Source of the DNA: Cyanophora paradoxa CCMP329
Taxonomy: Eukaryota > Plantae > Glaucophyta
Direction of reading: 5' to 3'
Assembly (NCBI GenBank): GCA_004431415.1
Contig: QPMI01000185.1
Span: 53,646-117,645 of the forward strand
DNA length: 64,000 nucleotides
The translations under genes and the position numbers were made by a program. Position 1 is the stretch's first letter, and each line of letters begins with the position of its first letter. The notes beneath the pieces were generated by a model that ran no database searches, was not told where the DNA came from, and saw only the letters and a list, made by a program, of their open reading frames with translations. Shown piece by piece: positions 40,368 through 49,702 of the stretch.

Positions 40368-40766
40368 TCAAAACGGAAATCTTTCATGTTTATGTCTCTC
40401 AGTCTTCTCAAATGTGAGGAAATTCATTGTTTTATCGATCTCATCTGCAACTGCTTGTGTTTTATGCTGAGCTTCTTTACCACAACTGAATATATCAATT
40501 GCTAACATGCCTTCATTGGAATAACAATGAGCTGTACAATGGCTTTCATCTAATAGCAGAACCAATGCAAAACCAGGAGGTGATAGTTTGCCATCAAATA
40601 TCTCACAATGCTTATGAACAATCCTAATACCTTGTCTCAATATAGCTTGTTCAAGGGTTCCCATAATCCAATTACCTAGGAAGCTAACATGCTCATGTCC
40701 TGTTGCAATAGCTGATTTAGCTTTGTAATCAAGCATAATATAAAAGCCTCTGTATTTAGTCTCCAT
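40368..40766 (-). CDS. speH: Prokaryotic-type (class 1b) pyruvoyl S-adenosylmethionine decarboxylase proenzyme, viral
   Basis: 132 aa; PPGFALVLLLDESHCTAHCYSNEGMLAIDIFSCG contains the E-SH autocleavage site and the DxFxCG motif. Confidence 0.9.
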   Translation of the reverse strand: METKYRGFYIMLDYKAKSAIATGHEHVSFLGNWIMGTLEQAILRQGIRIVHKHCEIFDGKLSPPGFALVLLLDESHCTAHCYSNEGMLAIDIFSCGKEAQHKTQAVADEIDKTMNFLTFEKTERHKHERFPF

Positions 40767-40795
40767 TAAGAATACCTTAGAAAAATTAATTAAAC

Positions 40796-41068
40796 CTAAT
40801 CGAACCTAATGCAAACATCCCTATATTCCACTGTGAATGATGAAGTAGCCCTTTTCCTATGTGCTTGACTTTTTCTTTTATTACAGTCCCTACACCCTGA
40901 TCCCTTCACATGATTAAAGGGATAGGTTAGGATCACCTTGTTACACTGCAAACATCTAACAGATACCTTCTCTTGAGCTTTGATGTAATGTGTCTCACTG
41001 TAATCGAATTTATCTTTACCATGGACTGTCATAGCAGCATCAATAAACTTTTTTGTTTTACTATCCAT
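40796..41068 (-). CDS. Small Zn-ribbon protein (DUF723-like domain of phage/giant-virus endonuclease-associated proteins)
   Basis: FIDAAMTVHGKDKFDYSETHYIKAQEKVSVRCLQC...PFNHVKGSGCRDC. Confidence 0.7.
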   Translation of the reverse strand: MDSKTKKFIDAAMTVHGKDKFDYSETHYIKAQEKVSVRCLQCNKVILTYPFNHVKGSGCRDCNKRKSQAHRKRATSSFTVEYRDVCIRFD

Positions 41069-41090
41069 ACTCTATATATAATCAACATTC

Positions 41091-41924
41091 TTATGGAGCA
41101 GTATCCTGCCCAAAAATGGGGAAATATCGATTTGTCCCATAGTATTCAGCATAGGTATTCTGCTTTGCAATAAAATCGGTTCTCTCTGCAAACATCACAC
41201 ATTTGTAGATACCAAACTTGGTGGCTCTAACCAGAAACTGATAGTCTTCCAAACCGAAATTGACTCCATGATAAGCAATTCCGAAATTATCATATGGGGT
41301 GATCACAACTGCAAAGTTGGGAGTTCCACCTTCAACTTGGCATACAGCATATACATCTGGTGGAATATCCACAACTACCTTGTAGTGGTCACCAATCTCA
41401 ACAAGAGAGTCTACTACTGCTGTTTGTTCATTCACAACAATGGGGAATATCTTTATAATGTATGGGGCATTCATGCTGGGGACATAGGTTCGAATTCTTG
41501 TGTTGGGATCAATGGGATTGGGTTGATCATTCACAAATAGAGGCGCTCCAACAGCCCCACCAACCCTAAGACCATCACCAATATAAGCTCCCCCCGATTT
41601 GCAGTTAATAGCTCCCGACCTAGATTCAAAAGAATAAGTAGACAGAGGATCTCCATAGCTATCTGGGTCTCCATAATGAGCAGAAAAGTTTGCATTTGTG
41701 ACAAGTAGCTTAGTTGTCTTAACTATTCCATTATTTTTATCACATCTGAGTTCCTGTAATCTCAGCTTGTGGGTGGAACCAAATGTATTCATTGTAGGTT
41801 GGACCTCTGTGGATTGGAGACCTTCCACATCATCAAAAGTAGCATGCTGTAAAACATGGTTTGCTGGGGCAGCTAATGATAGCTGTGGTGTAATAATTCG
41901 TTCAAGTGGGGGTTGCTCAGCCAT
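41091..41924 (-). CDS. Viral fibre/spike-like structural protein, paralogue A
   Basis: 277 aa, intronless. SGGAYIGDGLRVGG beta-repeat; C-terminal DIPP..VVITPYDNFG..F.V..AERTD resembles phage tail-protein C-terminal domains. Aligns with the neighbouring gene. Confidence 0.6.
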   Translation of the reverse strand: MAEQPPLERIITPQLSLAAPANHVLQHATFDDVEGLQSTEVQPTMNTFGSTHKLRLQELRCDKNNGIVKTTKLLVTNANFSAHYGDPDSYGDPLSTYSFESRSGAINCKSGGAYIGDGLRVGGAVGAPLFVNDQPNPIDPNTRIRTYVPSMNAPYIIKIFPIVVNEQTAVVDSLVEIGDHYKVVVDIPPDVYAVCQVEGGTPNFAVVITPYDNFGIAYHGVNFGLEDYQFLVRATKFGIYKCVMFAERTDFIAKQNTYAEYYGTNRYFPIFGQDTAP

Positions 41925-41947
41925 TTTACATTAAAGGGATATATCTT

Positions 41948-42793
41948 TTATGGGGTTGGGTCATCAATTACATCTGGTTCCGAATAAAACCCTGTTTGAG
42001 AAAGAGTATCAGGAGTAACACCTCTTAGAGCTGAGACAGCAGCTATATCTGTTCTGATACCCATAACTGTAATTGTATATTTTCCAATATCTGTAACAAA
42101 CAGATCATAGGTGAAATTGTTATTATAAACACAGAATCCTGTGCCAAAATTATCATATCCTTGAACATTGAAATTGTATCTGTGACCTGGCTGGTTATTG
42201 TTGGCTCTACATAAAGAAAGCATTGCAGAAGGAATGACCAGCCCTCTCATTACTCTTTTGGTTCCTTCAATCAATTCAGAGTTTTCAAGTGTGACAGTAT
42301 AACCTTGGTAAAATTGAATAAGTGGCTGTTGTGCAACTGGTATATATAATCGAATTCGTTGGGGGTCTTCAACATTCTGTTCAAGAGTATCTGGGACATC
42401 ATTATACGAAATTGAGGATGAAAGCTGACCTGAAACTCTGCAACCTCCACCAATAAAAGCTCCTCCTGATCTCACAGTAACAGCTGCAGAATTCTTATCG
42501 AAATCAAGGGCTTTCAGATCAACACTGTAAGCATCAGGACCTCCATTTGTAGGTTGGAAGAAGTTTGCATTTGTGACAAGAAGTCGAGTTGTTTTCACCA
42601 CACCTGAATTCTTATCAGCTCTCAGCTCTTTAACTCGAATAATCGAATTTTTATCAAAGGAGTTACCATTGGAGTTGGGTCTCTCTGTGGATTCTAAACC
42701 GCGAACCTCATCATTAACTTCATGCTGGCGAAAGTGCATAGCAGGGGATCCAAGGGAATATATTGGAAGTTGAACTCGATTATATTCACCCAT
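41948..42793 (-). CDS. Viral fibre/spike-like structural protein, paralogue B
   Basis: 281 aa; shares D(D/E)VxGLxSTE, ELRxDKNxGxVKTTxLLVTNANF, SGGAxIGxGxRVxG, YDNFG and RTD with paralogue A. Confidence 0.6.
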   Translation of the reverse strand: MGEYNRVQLPIYSLGSPAMHFRQHEVNDEVRGLESTERPNSNGNSFDKNSIIRVKELRADKNSGVVKTTRLLVTNANFFQPTNGGPDAYSVDLKALDFDKNSAAVTVRSGGAFIGGGCRVSGQLSSSISYNDVPDTLEQNVEDPQRIRLYIPVAQQPLIQFYQGYTVTLENSELIEGTKRVMRGLVIPSAMLSLCRANNNQPGHRYNFNVQGYDNFGTGFCVYNNNFTYDLFVTDIGKYTITVMGIRTDIAAVSALRGVTPDTLSQTGFYSEPDVIDDPTP

Positions 42794-42842
42794 TGCTTCT
42801 TTTACTAAGAAGGAAAGAAAAATAAAGCGCTTTGTGAGTTAA

Positions 42843-45800
42843 TTATGGTATTCCATATGCTGTCCAATGGATAGTGCATGTGATACTTCGGCTTGAAGAT
42901 AGAGTAGGGGATGCTATGAATGTCACATAGATAGTGGTATATGTAGATGTGGAGTTTGAGATTCCAATTCTAAAATCTACATCTCCGGGGTTTGTTGCAG
43001 GAGTTCCTTGAAGTGTGGCATTTACAACAGGTGTTTGTGTGTAAAAAGCAGGATTCCAATGTAAAACATATGCATGCTGTGTGTCTTATCACACCACTTG
43101 TAGCTTCGTATTTTCCTGATTTGAAACGTCTTTCTATATCATACCATGTTGGAAGTTGGCTAATTGTGTTGGTTGTTCCCGCATTCATTGCATAAAATGC
43201 TCTCGCATAAGCATTTCCGCGACACAGTAGGGTTTATCATAGAAGTTTGCTGAATTGTGGAAGAACCAAGTCTCCTCATTTGTCGGTGATGCGGGCGTTA
43301 CTATTGAACCTGATCCTACATACATGGTATTGTTGGCTGTGATTGTGTTGGCTGTGAATGGGTCTAAACTTGGGAAATCCGTGATTTCTGATTTTGTGTG
43401 AGTATGGGCGAAATCTGTGATATTTGCCTTTGTGTGTGTATGTGCAAAATCTGTGATATCTGATTTTGTGTGAGAGTGAGGACCGACAGTCGTAGAAGCT
43501 GTTGGCTTTCCGTATATATTATCCCAATGGAAGTAACCACTGTGTGACGATATAGCGGGGTTTTTGCTCCAACCAACAGTTATCGGACCTGGAAGATAAA
43601 TTCTTTTCGAGCGACTAAATATAATTTTTGGACGAGAACCATCAGTAGCGCTTACATCTGTTACATTCACTTGCAAAATGGCGTCTTTGTCATCATAAGT
43701 TGCTGGATCAGATGGTAGCGGTGGTAATCCTGCTGTAACTGGGATGTCTTCATTATAATAACTTGTAAGATAAATACCCGGTTTGGTATCTATCAATGCA
43801 TCACCACCTGCTGCTACTAATGTTGTTCTTGTGGGTTGTTTAATGTATAATTCGCCTTCCATAGTTGTTCCCGCATCTATTCCTTTGCGATTCAGGTAAT
43901 ATTCACTTAATTGTAATCTTTCAGCGATAGTATCACTCTGATAGAAACTAACCCCATAAAATCCATCACCATTTACTAAATCACCTGCCGATGCAAAACG
44001 TGGTTTTTCATCTATTTGACTCCATGGGTGCCTGTGGTTAGAGTTTGTAATTTCGGAATAATCATGAGTGTGTGCAAAATCTGTGATCTGATCTTTGGTG
44101 TGAGTATGGGCAAAGTCTGTGATCTGATTTTTTGTGTGAGTATGGGTATTAGGAGGAAAGGTTGAAGGTTTCAAAGCCACATTGTCCCAATGAACGAAAC
44201 CAACCTCATTGTCGGTTGCTCTTTGTCGGCTCCATCCCAAATGCCTGTAAAGTGGATTCTGCCCTTCACACCTTTTATTATTATCTTTGTGTAAAACTCA
44301 CAGTTTATTGATGTAAACATAATTGCATTAACGATTCCATCTTCAAGAGCGCTATTCTGAACGGCTTGATAACAATTTACTCGTTTGAGAAAATGCTGAT
44401 ACCCATTTACAGTCTGACCATAAATATCAAAGTATCTACAATTAGACCACTTCACGTGCTGCATGTAAAATGATTTCATACCTTCCGGAACTGTCCATCT
44501 CATCCAATAGCTGCTACAATCAGCATCATTTTCAACAAAAGTATAAATACTTCTCTGACCTGTTCTATATGTTGTCCCCAATAACCAGTTCCCTGCATTG
44601 TCAGTAGAATAGGCTGTTAAGACAATATCGAAATCATAACCTTTTGGTATTGTGGTTCCATCAATTTGTAAAGTGGTAGCATTCACAGTTCCTGTTACAG
44701 TTCCACCTGTGAGAGGTAGATAATTAGCAAGTGCCGCCGTTAATTCGGTATCTGTAACAAAATCTGTAACAGCTAACTGTAATTCTGTATTTGTAACATA
44801 ATCTTTGTTTTCTAAGTAATCATCTGTAACGACACCGGAAAGGGTTGTATTGTGTAAGTTTTTTGCCGCCATTCTCTGATTGACTTCTAAGGCGCCTCCT
44901 GTTGTCGTTTTAATCCACGCCATCTCACATTTCCCGTGATCATCATATGGTTGTCCCGCAAGTGGGACGTAATTGAATTTCGAGCGACTAAATATAATTT
45001 TTGGACGAGAACCATCAGTAGCGCTTACATCTGTTACATTCACTTGCAAAATGGCGTCTTTGTCATCATAAGTTGCTGGATCAGATGGTAGCGGTGGTAA
45101 TCCTGCTGTAACTGGGATGTCTTCATTATAATAACTTGTAAGATAAATACCCGGTTTGGTATCTATCAATGCATCACCACCTGCTGCTACTAATGTTGTT
45201 CTTGTGGGTTGTTTAATGTATAATTCGCCTTCCATAGTTGTTCCCGCATCTATTCCTTTGCGATTCAGGTAATATTCACTTAATTGTAATCTTTCAGCGA
45301 TAGTATCACTCTGATAGAAACTAACCCCATAAAATCCATCACCATTTACTAAATCACCTGCCGATGCAAAACGTGGTTTTTCATCTATTTGACTCCATGG
45401 GTGCCTGTGGTTAGAGTTTGTAATTTCGGAATAATCATGAGTGTGTGCAAAATCTGTGATCTGATCTTTGGTGTGAGTATGGGCAAAGTCTGTGATCTGA
45501 TTTTTTGTGTGAGTATGGGTATTAGGAGGAAAGGTTGAAGGTTTCAAAGCCACATTGTCCCAATGAACGAAACCAACCTCATTGTCGGTTGCTCTTTGTC
45601 GGCTCCATCCCAAATGCCTGTAAAGTGGATTCTGCCCTTCACACCTTTTACTATTATCTTTGTGTAAAACTCACAGTTTATTGATGTAAACATAATTGCA
45701 TTAACGATTCCATCTTCAAGAGCGCTATTCTGAACGGCTTGATAACAATTTACTCGTTTGAGAAAATGCTGATACCCATTTACAGTCTGACCATAAATAT

Positions 45801-48800
45801 CAAAGTATCTACAATTAGACCACTTCAAGTGCTGCATGTAAAATGATTTCATACCTTCCGGAACTGTCCATCTCATCCAATAGCTGCTACAATCAGCATC
45901 ATTTTCAACAAAAGTATAAATACTTCTCTGACCTGTTCTATATGTTGTCCCCAATAACCAATTCCCTGCATTGTCAGTAGAATAGGCTGTTAAGACAATA
46001 TCGAAATCATAACCTTTTGGTATTGTGGTTCCATCAATTTGTAAAGTGGTAGCATTCACAGTTCCGGTGACAGTTCCACCTGTTAGAGGTAGATAAGCAT
46101 GAGTATGTGAATCCGGAGGGAAGGTTAACGGAGGATTTGTAATTTCTTCCCAGAAATGCTTATGGGCGAAATCTGTTATTTGCGCTTTGGTGTGTGTGTG
46201 GTTTTGTATCCAACCTTGAACCACATTTGACGTTGGATGATGAGGAAGATTAGCATTACTTGTTACAGTAAGATTATCAATCACTGTCTCGGGTGATGTG
46301 ATCTTTAATCCCCTGTAAAAGATCAGAGGTTGAGTAATTGGAAATCCATACATTTGTTGAATATAATACCTCACATCACGTTTTTCATCATTTGTCAATG
46401 CTCTGTTGAATACTATAATTTCGGCAATACTACCCCCATCAGTTAGCCCAAGTCCAAAGAAGTTTACTCTGGAATAAGGTAAATAATTAGTCTGTGTAGC
46501 AGTTTTGATCTCTACACCATTCAAACCTACTGTATAAGAATCGGAAGTGATTGTTTGGTCTATGTAATACCATTTATTTAGCATAGAAGGAACAGTGATA
46601 GAAGGGGTTGCTTGTAGCGCATTTGATATTACAAAACTTGTCATTCCAAGTGTTGTATTTGACTTGATACCATATTGAACAGTTCTGTTTGGTGATTCTG
46701 TCCTCATTATTCGTAGATGATCAACAACACTGGGTGACTGGTTGTATTTACCTATCGCAAAGTATGTGAATCCTAATGACCAATCTATTGTTACATCTGG
46801 ATAGGAAAATGCAGCCATACTGTCTACGGAAGGAGTTGTTATAGTGAATTGGTTATTGATTTCTGTATTTGATGTAAAATATGTAGTGTTTCCCGAAGCC
46901 ACTTTTATTGATGGAATCAAAGCATTTGGGACTCTATTGAAAAGATTAGAATTGAATGCGGATTCACCGTGAACACCTGATGCTTTCCATGCACAAAGAC
47001 AATTTGGAATATTAGAAGCGGGGTCATTGCTTGCTGTGATGCGGTAGTAATCTTTGTTAAATTCTTGCAATGTGTTTACATTCGCTGAGCCAATCGTAAG
47101 AACTCCATTCACTTTTAAATTACTCGTCTCTATATTGCTACTGTAAATATTACAATTAACCGTAAGGTCTCCTGTGATTGTCCCACCAACAAGCGGAAGA
47201 TATTTTGATAATTCATTTGCAAGTTCAGGTTTTGTTACATAATCTCCAAGCATAGCAAGAGTTACGAAATTTACAAGTATTACAGCAGTAAGGTAATCTT
47301 CTGTTACAATTCGTGAAATATCTTCATTGTGTATGTTTTTGGCGCTTGCCCTTTGATTGATTTCTAATAAACCTTCACCAACATCACCGTTATAATTTGT
47401 TTTTATCCATGCTACCTCGCATCTTTCGTAACTATCACGATCTCCTATAAACGTTTTTGGTAAAAGACGCTGCCGACTAAATATTAATTTCGGTCTCGAT
47501 TGGTCAAAATCGCTAACATCTGTTACATTAATTTGTATTGCTGCATCTTTGTTATCGCAACTATTTGGATCTAATGGAAGTGACGGTAGCGGAGGTAATA
47601 CATTTGTCATCTCGATATCCTCAGGGTAGTAGCTTGTTAGATAAATCCCGGGTTTTGTCTCATACAAACCAAAATTACCACTAATTGGTAAAATCCCTTC
47701 TCTTCTTGGCGGTCTAATGTATAATTCGGCTTCCATTCCTGTGCCTGCTTCTATTCCCATGCGATTAAGGTAGTGGTCATTTAATTGTAATCTTTCTGGT
47801 ATTGTATTACTTTGGTAAAGACTTACGCCATGTTGGAAATCTGTTAATAAATTTCCTGCTGATGCGAAAGTAGGTTGTAAGTCGATTTCGTCCCAATTAT
47901 GCCTATGGTCTGCTGGTGGAAATTCTCCCGGTATCCCATCAATTTCACCCCAATCATGCCTGTGATCCTCTGGGGGATACTTTGGAGGTTTGCCTAAGAT
48001 CTCATCCCAATCATGATTGTGATCCTCTGGGGGATACTTTGCAGGTTTATTATTAATTTGTTCATAATCAGGAAAGAACTCCCAGATCTCAGGTCGAAAT
48101 CCATCTGGTAACAATTCCTCATGGGGTTCATAAGGTTGCTCATAGTCAACAGCTGGTGGATCATGACCATCTGGCAAATACTCCTCATCAGGTTCATAGT
48201 TCTGCTCATACTCAAACTCTTGTGGATCTAAGCCATCTGGTAGTATCTCCTCCTCATTGGGATCAAACTGATCATATTCATATTCTTGTGGGTCAAAACC
48301 ATCTGGTAAATACTCTTCCTCATCTGGGACGAAATGATATTCATCAAGCTCTAATATATCGACTTCAGGAGGTAAATACTGCTCATCTATTTGCTTTTTT
48401 GGTTCAATTATAGGTTTATTGCGAACTTGCTCCCAACTCACAATATGCTGCCCAAAAGGAACTGTCTCATCTGCTGTGTATTCTCTTCCAGGCTGCTTTT
48501 TCGGTGTTAAATCCGGTGGATCCCATGGAAGAGGGAAGGGAACTGGGACAGGTCCATAATACTCAAAGATCTCTCTTATGGTCTTCTCACTTACAAGCTT
48601 CTCACCATTTGCATACACATTGCTGCCATGGATATTTCGCCATTGCCTGGTTCTAATACCAAGGTCTTTCACATTGCTATACAAAGGCAAAAGGTGCCTA
48701 TCCATTTCAACAAGATCAGGATGTAAATGGATTGCTACTGGTTGACTGGGGCTACTGCTGATTGTAATTGATGGCTTTTTTTGATGGACATCTTTTGGAG

Positions 48801-48858
48801 TAAAGAACCCAAAAGGCTCATTCCTTGCAAAGTCATATGTAATATCCTTGGGGTAGAC
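42843..48858 (-). pseudogene. Giant modular viral fibre/adhesin gene (~2000 codons), 5'-truncated at the junction and broken by four apparent frameshifts
   Basis: Frame open from the 48858 junction (VYPKDITYDF...MDRHLLP). Contains acidic EEYLPDGxDP repeats, PPxDHxHxW and HTHTKxQITDF fibre repeats, YLPLxGGTxTG motifs, LamG-like GSIAEIIVFNRALT, and a C-terminal H-type-lectin/gp53-like ...TPVVNATL...IHWTAYGIP*. Confidence 0.8.
43605..46096. repeat. 1119-bp direct duplication inside the fibre gene (43605-44723 and 44978-46096)
   Basis: Offset 1373 bp; only about six substitutions seen by eye. Confidence 0.92.
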
Positions 48859-49246
48859 CTGCAGACAGCACCATCATCTTTTAGCCTGCTGTTCAGGGTT
48901 AGGGGTAGGCCGTGCGAACACAGTTGATGCGCAGAGTTTTTTCGCTCCAGAACAATCTTTCATATACAGTGCGCTCAATCTCGCCGTTCATTCAGGCTTT
49001 TCTTTATTCGGTTAGATCGCAGCGTCTGCTTATCAGCCCTTTTCTACTCTTTACAATCACATATAATCTGTCTCTATCTTTACTACTTCAACCTGCCGCA
49101 CGCGCTGGGCCGGGGTCGATCTACATCTGCCCCGTGCATGTTCGTGCCAACATCGCGCGGCAGGATCGCTTCGTCGTTCGCTTTGTCGGGTGCGTGAACA
49201 TTCATTCAACTGGACTGCCCATATCTAGATCTCACCTCTGTTTCAT

Positions 49247-49702
49247 TTTTTTTTTTTTTGAAGTTTGTGGTGTCATTCCTTACATGCACACCACCCCACC
49301 GTCCGTCACATCCACCGGCACGAGGGCTACTCTACTACTGTGAGCGGGTACGTCGTAGTCCAACTAACTATGTGTCCGGTCTTGCCGAGCCAGTTCTCCC
49401 AGAGCTGATTGTACCCTTCAGACATAATCCTCCGGAGCCTCCAATGGGGCCGCAGCTGAAGATGCGTGTGTCCACAGTCGTGAGTCTTCGGCATGATGTA
49501 CCCAGTTGCACGGTCCTAGTTGCTTGCTTGATGGCTCCTATGCTTGGCCGTGTTGGGACCAGGAGCTCGGTACCCCTTGCGGGGCCCCGAGGTCGGAATT
49601 TCTCCGGGATTTGAAGCGGGTTCGGTAGTTCCGGTCCGGATTCGAACCGGGGTCCTCTGAGCGGTAAGGCCGACACCTTATCCACTCGACTATGCCTCCC
49701 CC
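49247..49702 (-). mobile_element. tRNA-derived SINE (~456 bp) with poly(A) tail and 18-bp TSD
   Basis: Minus-strand head with A box TAGTCGAGTGG (49682-49692) and B box GGTTCGAATCC (49638-49648). Poly(T) on + at 49247-49259. TSD atctcacctctgtttcat at 49229-49246 and 49703-49720. Confidence 0.93.

Larger units (their letters stand above)
39361..48858 (-). mobile_element. Endogenous viral element: terminal ~9.5 kb of a linear, hairpin-ended large dsDNA virus
   Basis: Abrupt switch to AT-rich, intronless, tightly packed co-oriented ORFs of viral type. Hairpin at the left end, gene truncated at the right end. Both junctions lie in unit 3 of the array, with 113 bp of the unit missing and no TSD. 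Confidence 0.85.

Noticed and set aside
43605-46096. Diversity-generating retroelement TR/VR pair
   Set aside because: Differences are few and not adenine-specific, the repeat is 1.1 kb, and no reverse transcriptase is present.
39361-48858. Polinton/virophage or bacterial prophage call
   Set aside because: No TIR pair, TSD, integrase, pPolB or capsid gene in the fragment. No Shine-Dalgarno motifs and a eukaryotic flank. Exact class left open.
48856-48866. In-frame splice acceptor (ctgcag|GTC on minus strand) at the right viral junction, suggesting exonisation
   Set aside because: CAG is common and there is no evidence of an upstream minus-strand exon or promoter.
49625-49702. tRNA gene
   Set aside because: A/B boxes and T-arm are present but there is no proper acceptor stem. 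It heads a poly(A)-tailed, TSD-flanked insert, so it is a SINE.
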